Shown piece after piece: positions 23,315-32,634 of a DNA stretch of 42,022 bases (within the stretch, counting starts at the first letter, position 1; each line of letters starts with the position of its first letter). The notes beneath the pieces were generated by a model, which saw nothing but the letters and a program-made list of their open reading frames with translations, was not told where the DNA came from and searched no databases. The position numbers and the translations under genes were made by a program. Source of the DNA: a virus (Duplodnaviria > Caudoviricetes); the IMG/VR virus record IMGVR_UViG_3300025296_000034, positions 1 to 42,022 of that record; one strand, 5' to 3'.

Positions 23315-24855
23315 CGCATCAGACGGTCGATGAGCCCGAGGTCATCAGCAGAGAGTTGACGCTGCAGGGTGCGGCGGCTGACCTGTTTGCTGCGCGTGAC
23401 CTCGAGGTGTTGGCGACCTCTGGTGCTGGCACGGGCAAGTCGTTCTCGCTGATGGTGAAGGCGAACTACACGGCACGGGAGCATCCTGGCTGTCGACAGT
23501 TGTTCATGCGTCAGACGCGCAAGTCCCTGAGCGAGACGATCCTTCCAGACTGGGAGGAGGAGGTGCTGTGGGATGGTCACCCGGCGATCCACGGCACGGC
23601 GAAGCGCGGCAACCGCGACGACTACATCTTCCCGAACGGGTCGCTGATTGGTTTGGGTTCGGCGGACCACATCGACCGCGTGCTGTCATCGAAGTGGGAC
23701 CGCGTGTACTTCTTCCAGGCGGAGGAGACGACGCTGGAGGTTTGGGAGAAGCTCACGACGCGGCTTCGCGCGTTCCGCACGCCCTACCATCAGATCATCG
23801 CGGACGTGAACCCGACGGTCCCGACGCATTGGCTGCTCGGTCGTGTGAAGGGTGGGCACATGGCGCGGATTGACTATCGGCATGAGGACAACCCTGCGTG
23901 GTACGACGTGTCGACTGGCGAGTGGACCGAGCAGGGGGCGAGCTACCTTGAGACTCTGCGCAGTTCCCTGACGGGCGTTCGGCGTGATCGTCTGCTGCGT
24001 CACTTGTGGGTGAGTGCCGAGGGGATTGTGTGGGAGACATACGACAGCGCGCGGCACCTTGTGTCGGGCGAGTGCGTGTTCGACGAGGGTCGCGGTCGCT
24101 GGCTGCTGCACGTTCCTCAGGTGGACGAGGAGCCCATCGAGGTGAAGTGGTTTGGTGCGTCGATGGACTTCGGGTTCCGCGCTCCTGGTTGCATGCAGGT
24201 GTGGGCGTTTGACGAGGAGGGTCGCGCGTTCCGCGTGGCGGAGGTTTACCACACGTCGCAGAACATCGACTGGTGGGCGGACTGGGGTGCTCGGTTGTGG
24301 GAGCGTTACGGGTTCTTGATTGGCGTGTGCGACTGGGATCCTGGTTCGATGGAGAAGTTGAACGGTCGCGTGGGTGAGGCTGGTGGTCGTGAGGCTCCTG
24401 GGCTGTGGCGCGAGTGGTCGAAGAAGCGCGGCAAGACGAAGGAGCGCGCGGGGATAGACGAGGTGCGCGTGGGCTTCGATCAGGACCGCATCTACCTGCT
24501 GCGAGATGCGCTGCAACATCCTGCCGACCCTTCGCTTGCTTCTGTGCGCAAGCCTGTGTGTACGGAGGACGAGGTGCCTGGGTACATCTACCCTGTGGAG
24601 GTGGACGGCCAGCCGGTGAAGGAGGAGCCGCACCCTGCGTGTGCAGACCACGGGTGCGACGCTATGCGCGGGATGATTGACTGGGCGTGGAACCGCACGC
24701 TGGCCGTGGAGCCGCCGAAGGTGGAGTACAAGTCGGGGACGTATGGCGCGACGTTGTTTGACGGGAAGTGGGACGAGATTATTGCTGGGCGTCATCGCCC
24801 CAAGAGCTTGCGTCTTGGAACGCGGCGTCGCGGTCGCGTGAGGCGTGTGCGATGA
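23311..24855 (+). CDS. terL: Terminase large subunit
   Basis: Walker A SGAGTGKS; coupling motif DVNP..HWL; nuclease DFGF..DHGCDAMR. Confidence 0.93.
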   Translation: MTHQTVDEPEVISRELTLQGAAADLFAARDLEVLATSGAGTGKSFSLMVKANYTAREHPGCRQLFMRQTRKSLSETILPDWEEEVLWDGHPAIHGTAKRGNRDDYIFPNGSLIGLGSADHIDRVLSSKWDRVYFFQAEETTLEVWEKLTTRLRAFRTPYHQIIADVNPTVPTHWLLGRVKGGHMARIDYRHEDNPAWYDVSTGEWTEQGASYLETLRSSLTGVRRDRLLRHLWVSAEGIVWETYDSARHLVSGECVFDEGRGRWLLHVPQVDEEPIEVKWFGASMDFGFRAPGCMQVWAFDEEGRAFRVAEVYHTSQNIDWWADWGARLWERYGFLIGVCDWDPGSMEKLNGRVGEAGGREAPGLWREWSKKRGKTKERAGIDEVRVGFDQDRIYLLRDALQHPADPSLASVRKPVCTEDEVPGYIYPVEVDGQPVKEEPHPACADHGCDAMRGMIDWAWNRTLAVEPPKVEYKSGTYGATLFDGKWDEIIAGRHRPKSLRLGTRRRGRVRRVR

Positions 24856-25370
24856 CGGTGCAGGCTCGGACGTGGAACGTGATCACCTCGCTGTGCGCTC
24901 ACCCTGTGAGCCGCAACTTCCTGGCGGCTGGACCTGTGATTGCGATGGGTGAGGGTTGGAAGCGTTTGCGAGGCATGCAGCCGAACGTGTGGATGAGCTG
25001 CGGTCTTGCGCCGCAAGAGTGTCCATCGGGAGTTGTCGAGGTGTGGGCACCTGAGCGTCACGCTGCGATGTGGCCGATGTCGTCGCTGTACTTCGGCGCA
25101 GGGGACGAGGACATCCCCGTGACGCTTTTGGAGGACGGACACGTTCGCGACATCGCGGGCATAGCGCGTCCTGCGCCATTCGTGGCGTTGGTGGCGGAGG
25201 AGTGCATGAAGCGTGGCGCGACGAAGGTGTTGTTCTACGGTGCGCACCTCGACGGCGGGAAGACGACCGACGGCATTGTTTCCGGCAACGTGTGGTATCA
25301 GCTTCGCAAGAAGGGTCTTGAGGCTGGTGTTCAGATAGAGCGGCTCAAGCCGACGATGGTGACCTTATGA
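24852..25370 (+). CDS. Hypothetical protein
   Basis: ATGA overlaps on both sides; GATKVLFYG weakly recalls Rossmann-like transferase folds. Confidence 0.65.
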   Translation: MTVQARTWNVITSLCAHPVSRNFLAAGPVIAMGEGWKRLRGMQPNVWMSCGLAPQECPSGVVEVWAPERHAAMWPMSSLYFGAGDEDIPVTLLEDGHVRDIAGIARPAPFVALVAEECMKRGATKVLFYGAHLDGGKTTDGIVSGNVWYQLRKKGLEAGVQIERLKPTMVTL

Positions 25371-27271
25371 GTTTCAACGTAGAGCCTGACAACCTGTGGC
25401 GCGAGGTGCAGAGCGCGACGGAGTACAACCAGCGATTCCTCGGTGCTAACTACGAGGATGACAAGCGTCGGTATGCCGGTGCTGGTTATCGCGGCGACTG
25501 GGCTCAGGACGAGCCTGACATGGAGAACCATGCGTTCGAGTGGGTGTCGCTGTTTGCGTCGATGGTGTTGTCATCGAACCCTCGCGTGAAGACGAGCACG
25601 CCTCGCGGGGGGACGATGCGCGACTTGGTGCGCGCTTCTGGCTACGCGATCAACCGCAACATCGTGGACACGGACATGGTGTCGATGAACGAGTTGTTGT
25701 TCTACGACTGGGCGTTCCGCTGGTGCGTGGCGTTGACGGTTCAGGAGCCAGCGGCTGGCGACTACACGGGGTGGTCGGACCCCCCGTTCAGGCCGCGCTC
25801 CAAGCGCATCTCGCCTTTGTACTACGTTGCGGACCCGATGGCCGATACGCATGAGGGCGAGCGTTGGCGTGGTCACGGGATGATCGTGGACAAGGAGACG
25901 CTGTTGCGCGATGCGCGTGCGCTCGGCAAGTCTGGCGGGTGGAACACGAAGATGATCGACGCGCTGCCTGAGGAGGCGGGCGTGGACGAGTTGCGTCGTT
26001 CGACGGAGCGCGGGTACGGTGGCGGCACGCGGGGAGAGGTGACGCTGTACGAGGTTTGGGTGCCAGAGGAGCGGTTGGAGAAGGCGGTCGACGCGAACGG
26101 CGAGGAGTTCGAGCCTCTGGAGTCGGACGGGTATCACGGTGTGATCTACACGATCCCTCACGGTGGCGGCACGCAGGGTTTGGCGTCGAGCGACTACATT
26201 CGCAAGCCGCGCCCCTTCTACGGTCCTGCGGCTGGGCCTTACACGGTGGGCGGCGCGTACCTTGTGCCTGACGAGAACCGCTATCTTTCCCCGATTGCTG
26301 CGGTGGTGGCGCAGGCGGCAGAGCTGAACACGCATCGGCGTTCGATGTCGGCGCGCATGGCGGACTACAAGAAGGGGTTCGCGGTCGACTCGACTTCGAT
26401 AGCAGACCTGGGCTCGTCGCTGGCTGAGTTTGAGGACCACGGCATCTTCCCTGTGAACCGCGCGGACAACATCGCGGCGCAGATCAAGGAGCTGGAGATT
26501 GGTGGTCTGACCGACCAGGACTTGCGTCACTTCATGTTCTTGCGGGAGACGTTGGAGCGTGTGAGCGGTCTGCATGATGCGCAGCGCGGTGGTACTGCGC
26601 GGGGTGTGACCGCGACTGCGACTGCGATTGCCAATCAGTCGAGCACGCGGCGGTCTGGTCACCTCGCGATGAAGTTCGTGAAGACGCTCGAGGCCGTGCT
26701 TCGCAAGGAGGCGTGGTATCTGGTGGAGGACTCGCGGTCGGCTGTGCGTCTTGGTCCTGAGGCTGGCGGGTTGTTCTTGGATCCTGTGACCGGCGAGCCC
26801 ATCGAGGAGCCGGTCTGGAAGGGTGGCGACCTGAAGTTCGAGGACATGGAGATGTCTGTGGACTTCTACTCTGTGAGCCAGACGAGCGAGGAGCAGGAGC
26901 AGGCTCGCGCGTCGGCTGTGGATCAGATCGTTATGACTGCGCTCCCTATGGTGCGGTCGTTCCCTGAGTTTGACTGGGAGACGTACTTCGCGGAGCGCGG
27001 AGAGGCGTTGGGGATGCCGCAGTTGCCCAAGCTGTTCAACTACGAGGCAGCGCGCATGATGGGTGCGATGCAGATGGAGATGCAGCAGCCCTTGCCTGAT
27101 ATGCACCCCAAGCAAGGCACGCCGCGCCTTCCTGGCAACGTACAGCCTGACAGCGTTTGGAATCCTGGTGTCGGGTTTAGCGGGGCTGGTGGGATGCGTC
27201 CTGGTGCTGGGATGAGCGCGGCGGGCGACGCTCCCGACGTGCCTGCCTCTGTTCAGAAAGGTATCGAGTAG
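25367..27271 (+). CDS. Portal protein
   Basis: 634 aa; follows TerL; ERVSGLHDAQRG..TATATAI motif typical of podoviral/P22-like portals; Pro/Gln-rich tail. Confidence 0.88.
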   Translation: MSFNVEPDNLWREVQSATEYNQRFLGANYEDDKRRYAGAGYRGDWAQDEPDMENHAFEWVSLFASMVLSSNPRVKTSTPRGGTMRDLVRASGYAINRNIVDTDMVSMNELLFYDWAFRWCVALTVQEPAAGDYTGWSDPPFRPRSKRISPLYYVADPMADTHEGERWRGHGMIVDKETLLRDARALGKSGGWNTKMIDALPEEAGVDELRRSTERGYGGGTRGEVTLYEVWVPEERLEKAVDANGEEFEPLESDGYHGVIYTIPHGGGTQGLASSDYIRKPRPFYGPAAGPYTVGGAYLVPDENRYLSPIAAVVAQAAELNTHRRSMSARMADYKKGFAVDSTSIADLGSSLAEFEDHGIFPVNRADNIAAQIKELEIGGLTDQDLRHFMFLRETLERVSGLHDAQRGGTARGVTATATAIANQSSTRRSGHLAMKFVKTLEAVLRKEAWYLVEDSRSAVRLGPEAGGLFLDPVTGEPIEEPVWKGGDLKFEDMEMSVDFYSVSQTSEEQEQARASAVDQIVMTALPMVRSFPEFDWETYFAERGEALGMPQLPKLFNYEAARMMGAMQMEMQQPLPDMHPKQGTPRLPGNVQPDSVWNPGVGFSGAGGMRPGAGMSAAGDAPDVPASVQKGIE

Positions 27272-27606
27272 TGCCTCTGTACGACTACGAGTGCGAGCCC
27301 TGCGGGGATGTGAACGAGGTGTACCACGGCATGTTCGACGACGCGCCTGTGGCGTGCGTGTCGTGTGGTGTGTCCATGCGCAAGCTGGTGACTGGTGAGC
27401 GCGTGACGATGTGGACGCAACCGATCCAGCGCACGGAAGGGTTCGCGTCGAAGTCTCTCCCGCTGAACTACGCGGCGCACAAGAAGGCTGGCGGCACGTT
27501 CAACGCTCGCGGCGAGTGTGTGTTCGAGAACAAGCGGCGCATCCGCGAGACGCTGGCGGTAGCGCGCGACGATGATCCTGGTCTGACGTGGGACGGGAGG
27601 ATCTGA
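27271..27606 (+). CDS. FmdB-family zinc-ribbon protein
   Basis: MPLYDYECEPCG..CVSCG. Confidence 0.85.
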   Translation: MPLYDYECEPCGDVNEVYHGMFDDAPVACVSCGVSMRKLVTGERVTMWTQPIQRTEGFASKSLPLNYAAHKKAGGTFNARGECVFENKRRIRETLAVARDDDPGLTWDGRI

Positions 27607-27848
27607 TGCTGGTTGCCGACGGGTTCGACGATGCAATTTTGGGTGTGGCGCGTCGCTGCGGTCAGCCCGATCTGGTGGCCTACTCGGTGGAGAAGCGCCT
27701 TAGGGTTCTTGTGGAGTCTGGCCTGGACGAGGATCAGGCGCTCGAGCACTTCGAGTTCAATGTGTCCGGTGCTTGGGTTGGCGAGAGCACGCCCGTCTGG
27801 GTGTATGGGGTTGAGGATCGCGCGGAGCTTGATGCTCTCGCAGACTGA
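27606..27848 (+). CDS. Conserved phage hypothetical protein
   Basis: ADGFDDAILGV..VAYS..FEFNVSGAWVGESTP, a pattern common in environmental phages. Confidence 0.75.
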   Translation: MLVADGFDDAILGVARRCGQPDLVAYSVEKRLRVLVESGLDEDQALEHFEFNVSGAWVGESTPVWVYGVEDRAELDALAD

Positions 27849-27932
27849 AATGTCAACCCCCACCATCCCGCAACATTTTTGCACCCCGCGTAATCTCTTG
27901 TGCGCGCTGGTGCCTTGCCGTAGGAGCAGTAT

Positions 27933-28988
27933 ATGCCGAAGCCCGTTGTAGAAGACCTGTCAGCGACGATGCCCGACGCCCCTGGCGCTGCCGCGCCGGA
28001 TGCTGGCGTTTTGACGCAGGCGCGTATGGCGTTTGACGAGGCGCTGGCTGCGGCTCCTGAGCCGCGCCCGGTGACGGCAGAGCCCGAGGAGGCCGCTGGA
28101 GGCCCCTCAGAGGCCGCTGAGACGACGAACACACCAGAGGCGGCTCCTGAGCCCTCTGGTGCTGAAGAGCCCACAGAGGCCCAGGGGGCGAGCCTTGACG
28201 ACAAGGCCCGCGCCTACCTGCGGCTGAAGTTAGGGCTAAACGACGCTGCGATTGACGCGATACCGGACGCCCAGGGCTTGTACAGCAAGACCTTGGAGCG
28301 TGAGGCGGTCGTGGATCGCACGTTCAGGGAGCGAGCCGAGCTTGCAGCCAAGCTGGAGGAAGTTGAGGCCGCTACAGACCCGGAGCCCGAGAGTGCGGTG
28401 CCCGCCGGGAATGTGGACCTCAAGGCCCCAGAAGGACTGCTCGATGAGCTTGGGCTCGAACCCGATGGTGCGGGAGCCAAGGCGCTCGAGGGTTGGTTGA
28501 GCAAGGCGCTCGAACCCCTTCGCGAGCAGGCTGCTGAAACGCGGTCTGTGAATGAGGCGAGGGTGGAGCGAGGTCTTGTCGAGCATCGCGAGCGTCTACA
28601 GGTGCACGTCCCGCAACTAGGCGCGAGCGAAGCGGCATGGACGAGTGTTCTGGCGGTTGCCAACGATATGGCGGTCAGCGCGCAGAACAGGGGCGAGGTC
28701 GTTGACCCCGCCGCTCTTCTGAACCAAGCCGTAGAGGCTATCTACGGTTCCGGTGCGCTCACCCAGGCTGCGGAGGAGGCTCAGGCGACGGCGACGGCCA
28801 CGGGTAATGCCCGCAAGGCCGCGTCGAGCCCGACGCCTCCGTCTCGCAAGGGTGCCGAGGGCGCGGGCTTCTCGGCGCAGGATATCCAGCGGAAGATATT
28901 CAACTTCACGCAAAAGAATCCGCACGACGCAGAGGGTGCCAGGGCTCTAAGCCTTCAGCTTCGCCGCGAGGCTGGTCTGGAGAACTAG
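27933..28988 (+). CDS. Capsid scaffolding protein
   Basis: Acidic Ala/Glu/Pro-rich N-terminus, helical core, immediately upstream of the major capsid gene. Confidence 0.75.
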   Translation: MPKPVVEDLSATMPDAPGAAAPDAGVLTQARMAFDEALAAAPEPRPVTAEPEEAAGGPSEAAETTNTPEAAPEPSGAEEPTEAQGASLDDKARAYLRLKLGLNDAAIDAIPDAQGLYSKTLEREAVVDRTFRERAELAAKLEEVEAATDPEPESAVPAGNVDLKAPEGLLDELGLEPDGAGAKALEGWLSKALEPLREQAAETRSVNEARVERGLVEHRERLQVHVPQLGASEAAWTSVLAVANDMAVSAQNRGEVVDPAALLNQAVEAIYGSGALTQAAEEAQATATATGNARKAASSPTPPSRKGAEGAGFSAQDIQRKIFNFTQKNPHDAEGARALSLQLRREAGLEN

Positions 28989-29036
28989 GTCACGGCTCCC
29001 GCACACAACAACACTCAGCAGAAGGAGGGCTAGCTC

Positions 29037-30257
29037 ATGGCTGGCACCGCACTCACGGCCTTCTCGTCGTTTGCAGAAGCGACCGGGCCTCTCTACTTGT
29101 CTGGTCCGCGACATGTGATCGCGGACGCGGCGAAAAACACTTATTCCTTCGGGCAGCTCATGTCGGGCAACCGGGGGAACAAGAAGACGATCCAGGGCGG
29201 GGAGTCGATTCGCGAGAGCGTCAAGCTCAACGTGACTCGGCGCACGCGCTGGCACCTTCCCGGCGACACGCACAGCTGGAAGAACCCGCAGAACCTGAAG
29301 AAGATTCAGGCTCGATTCCGCTACCTGATCACGCACATGGCGTGGACGAAGCAGGAAGTGCTTCTCAACGACAAGATCAAGTACGGGACTTCGGACGCGC
29401 AGTTCCAGCAGTACGTCGACCTTCTGTACGACAAGGAAGGCGAGATGTGGATGGACAAGTGGAACCTCCTCGAGGAATCCATGTGGGCTCTCCCGATCTC
29501 TGCCGACATGGAGTCAGACGACGGCGTCCAGATGTACTCGATCCCGGCGTTCGTGAACGGGTTTCCCGACGGCAAGTTCGTCCCCGGCAGCGACAACGGC
29601 GCGACGTGGACAACGGTCGAGGGCATCAACAGCACGGACACGGGCATGAGCAACTTTACCCCGACCGTGGACACCTACTCGGCCACGACTACCAACTCCG
29701 ACAACATCATCTCGACATTCGACTCGATGTGGAAGGAGTTGCGTTTCGAGGCTCCGCCGTCGCACGCCGACTACTTCACGGATCCTCGCTACGGCAAATA
29801 CTGCATCTTCACCTCGAAGGTCGGCCACACGGCTTACCAGCAGTTGCTGCGTGAGCACACGGCGGAGGGCTTCCACAACGTGACGGGTTCCCAAGACCCG
29901 GCGTTCCCCGACCCGGCCTACTACGGGATTCCCGTCAAGTGGGTCAGCGAACTGCAAACCGCAACGCTGTATCCCGACGCCGGGAACGGCGTCGTCTCTG
30001 AGGGCGACGCGGCCTGCGAGATGCAAACCACGGGTGCTACCGGCATTGGTCCGCGTTTCTACTGGATCAACAGCGAGTTCCTGCACCCCGTCTTCCACGA
30101 CGAGATGTACTTCGAGAAGGACTCGGTCAGCCGAGCCCACGAAGACCCCGACACCTATGTGATGCCCGTCTCGACGTGGTGTCAGATGCCTTGCACGTCC
30201 CGTAAGCGCCAGGGCTACATCGAGCCCAGCGGCGACCACTACACCGCTCTTTACTAG
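29037..30257 (+). CDS. Major capsid protein
   Basis: 406 aa; strong AGGAGG RBS with CA-rich leader; GGESIRESV and C-terminal CTSRKRQG patterns; position after the scaffold. Confidence 0.85.
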   Translation: MAGTALTAFSSFAEATGPLYLSGPRHVIADAAKNTYSFGQLMSGNRGNKKTIQGGESIRESVKLNVTRRTRWHLPGDTHSWKNPQNLKKIQARFRYLITHMAWTKQEVLLNDKIKYGTSDAQFQQYVDLLYDKEGEMWMDKWNLLEESMWALPISADMESDDGVQMYSIPAFVNGFPDGKFVPGSDNGATWTTVEGINSTDTGMSNFTPTVDTYSATTTNSDNIISTFDSMWKELRFEAPPSHADYFTDPRYGKYCIFTSKVGHTAYQQLLREHTAEGFHNVTGSQDPAFPDPAYYGIPVKWVSELQTATLYPDAGNGVVSEGDAACEMQTTGATGIGPRFYWINSEFLHPVFHDEMYFEKDSVSRAHEDPDTYVMPVSTWCQMPCTSRKRQGYIEPSGDHYTALY

Positions 30258-30270
30258 GAGACTTTCTCTC

Positions 30271-30783
30271 ATGGCTCAGTTTTTCTCACGCTCTACTGAG
30301 GGGCCGGGCGGAGGTCTTTTTCCTGCGTCCGAGCGCCACGGCTGCCTCAACCGCACGGGGGGCTCCCTCGCGCAAGGCAGCATGGTGTCTATCGACCTGA
30401 TAGGCACCCTTGCCGAGGTGGATGACACGGACGACGACACCTTCAAGGCAGACGGCGCGGCCACATCGGCGTGGCGTCAGGTGGGGGCGATTGTCGCCGC
30501 CGACATCATCGCCGGATTCGTAGGCACGGTCTTGGATGTTGGCGGCATTGCCAACGACGAGGAGGCCGAAATCGGCTTCTTCGGCCTGTTCGACAAGGTT
30601 TCGGTGACGGGCTCTATTGCTGCGGGTGCCGAACTCTCCGTCGTCGCGGCTGGCATCAGCTTGGCGGCTTCTGGCGCAAACGACCGCATCGTCGGCCTCC
30701 TCGCGTCACCTGACGTTACGGCTACACCGGGTCTGACCCGCGTGATGCTGAACGGCATCACCGGGTGGGGTTACTCGGTCTAG
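30271..30783 (+). CDS. Capsid decoration/cement protein
   Basis: Ala/Gly-rich, directly after the capsid gene and before a terminator. Confidence 0.65.
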   Translation: MAQFFSRSTEGPGGGLFPASERHGCLNRTGGSLAQGSMVSIDLIGTLAEVDDTDDDTFKADGAATSAWRQVGAIVAADIIAGFVGTVLDVGGIANDEEAEIGFFGLFDKVSVTGSIAAGAELSVVAAGISLAASGANDRIVGLLASPDVTATPGLTRVMLNGITGWGYSV

Positions 30784-30803
30784 GGCATAAGCCCTGACGC
30801 TAC

Positions 30804-30847
30804 AGGCCACCCGGCCTCTTACTACTGGTCGGGTGGCCTCCTCTTTC
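30804..30847 (+). terminator. Terminator-like hairpin after the capsid genes
   Basis: AGGCCACCCGGCC / GGTCGGGTGGCCT 13-bp stem (one G-U), followed by a weak pyrimidine tail CCTCTTTC. Confidence 0.65.
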
Positions 30848-30890
30848 ACTCCTTCGACAACTCGAATCGCGGCGAGGCCGCTAGCAGCAC

Positions 30891-31277
30891 ATGGCTATTC
30901 CTCACACAACACTTCCCGCCGCGTACTGGATCGAGGTCGCTGGAGCAGCCCCACTCTTCCCAACCGATGGGCAGGGAGGGGCCAACATCGACGACGCCCT
31001 CTTCGACGCGCATTTCGCCTCGACATCCAACTGGGGCACCATCGTCGAGGGGTTCTCGGTCGACGTGGGCGGCACGGAAGATGTCGAGCTGTACAACGCG
31101 ACGGACCCCACCACGCTGGTCCTGGTCGACACGTTTCAGATACCGGGCACCACGTTCAACGGCTTCTACGAGGCGTTCGGGTCCGAGGGAATCTTCCTGC
31201 CGTTCCCTGTTGCCTACGGCATCACCGGATCGGGGTCCGAACAGGCCAAGGTCTACTTCAGGATCGTCCAGCACTAG
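30891..31277 (+). CDS. Virion protein, paralog 1
   Basis: 128 aa; PAAYW..PTDGQGGA..VYFRIV. Confidence 0.75.
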   Translation: MAIPHTTLPAAYWIEVAGAAPLFPTDGQGGANIDDALFDAHFASTSNWGTIVEGFSVDVGGTEDVELYNATDPTTLVLVDTFQIPGTTFNGFYEAFGSEGIFLPFPVAYGITGSGSEQAKVYFRIVQH

Positions 31278-31278
31278 C

Positions 31279-31665
31279 ATGATCCCCCGCAGCCGAACGC
31301 CCGCTGCCATGTGGATGACCGTGGACTCGACCACCGCCAAGTATCCCACAGACGGGCAGGGCGGGGCATCGCGCACGCTGTCCGCTAGCCTGTTCGCGAG
31401 CGCCGTTCGCGGGGTGTGCATCGAGGGATACCGCCTCGAAACCGATGGTGCCACCGACGAGCTAGAGATTGTGGACAGGTCGGGCACCCTGATTGAGCAG
31501 TTTCGCAAACCTGCGGTCACGGAGTTGCTGGGCATAGAACCGGGCGGGGGTCTGGGGAGGCGCGACGCGGGCTTCTTCATCCCAGACGGCTTCGGCGCTC
31601 GGCTCTATGACGACGAGACTTCAGCCGACGCGGTCTACACGGTCTTCTTTCGAATCGTCGACTAA
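31279..31665 (+). CDS. Virion protein, paralog 2
   Basis: ATG 31279; 128 aa; PAAMW..PTDGQGGA..VFFRIV. Confidence 0.75.
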   Translation: MIPRSRTPAAMWMTVDSTTAKYPTDGQGGASRTLSASLFASAVRGVCIEGYRLETDGATDELEIVDRSGTLIEQFRKPAVTELLGIEPGGGLGRRDAGFFIPDGFGARLYDDETSADAVYTVFFRIVD

Positions 31666-31686
31666 GCGCATGAAAGGCACACAGCG

Positions 31687-32631
31687 ATGGCTCTCCCGGT
31701 AACGACAGCCCTGGACGAGATCAACCACGCCGTGCCTGGGGGCATGTCGGAGGAGATTGACTCGATTGCGCTGATCAACCGCGCTGGCGAGTTCTTCGTG
31801 GGGATCCACCGCTGGGCGTTCCTGATCGGGCGCGAGGCGTTCCTCGACCTTCGCGGGGCGATCTCGCTCACGGGCGCGTCTTGGGTGTCGTCCACAAAAA
31901 CGCTCACGAAGGCGGGCGCGTTTGCGGACTACACGTTTCTCAGCGGCGACAGAATCGAGATCACGTCTGGAACGGGTGCCACGACCGGGCGCTACACCAT
32001 CGCGTCAAGGTCCAACGACAACGCCATCGTCCTGAGCACCACCTTCGGCGCGGACGCTACGGACATCGCTGGCACGATGCGGCTGGACTTCATGGCGCTT
32101 CCCAGCGACTTCGGTGAGGCGTTGTCGGTTCGCTACGACGACACGATCTTCAACGGCTTCCGGCTGACCAGCATGGCGCACCTCAATCAGATGCGCGCCA
32201 TCGGCACGGAGGTCGACGGCCCCTGGTACTACAACGGGGCTATCGGCCACGCGGGTAGCCCGCCCAACCCTATCCTCGAGCACTACCCCAGGGCGGGCTC
32301 TAACGTGAACGAGGCATTCAGGCTGGTCTATCGCGCTGGCTGGTCGACGGTGTCTGGGGACACGGACACGCTCGAGATCGAGAGCTACGCGAATCAGGCG
32401 TTCCTCTCCACGGTGCGGGCGTTCGCCAAGGGCTACGAGGACGAGTCGGACGGTCTGGCGCTTGACGCCTACCTCGCGTCCGTGGTGACCGGCCCGGTCA
32501 TGCTCGCGGCCAAGTCTGCCGATGGGTTCCAGCACGGGAACGTGGGTCGAATTCGCAACGGCGCGATCAGCGGCGTGAACCGCCGAGGGTGGCCGGGTCT
32601 GCTGCGCACGCGCGTAGCCGCGCCGGGGTAG
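31687..32631 (+). CDS. Head-tail adaptor / tail tubular protein A-like
   Basis: LINRA..HRWAFL and ALPSDF motifs with an inserted Thr/Gly beta-domain; upstream of the nozzle gene. Confidence 0.7.
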   Translation: MALPVTTALDEINHAVPGGMSEEIDSIALINRAGEFFVGIHRWAFLIGREAFLDLRGAISLTGASWVSSTKTLTKAGAFADYTFLSGDRIEITSGTGATTGRYTIASRSNDNAIVLSTTFGADATDIAGTMRLDFMALPSDFGEALSVRYDDTIFNGFRLTSMAHLNQMRAIGTEVDGPWYYNGAIGHAGSPPNPILEHYPRAGSNVNEAFRLVYRAGWSTVSGDTDTLEIESYANQAFLSTVRAFAKGYEDESDGLALDAYLASVVTGPVMLAAKSADGFQHGNVGRIRNGAISGVNRRGWPGLLRTRVAAPG

Positions 32632-32634
32632 GCC

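Noticed and set aside
23500-27850. Apparently more G/T-rich plus strand across terL-portal as a sign of recent module exchange
   Set aside because: Visual impression only; cannot be quantified without a skew or codon-usage calculation
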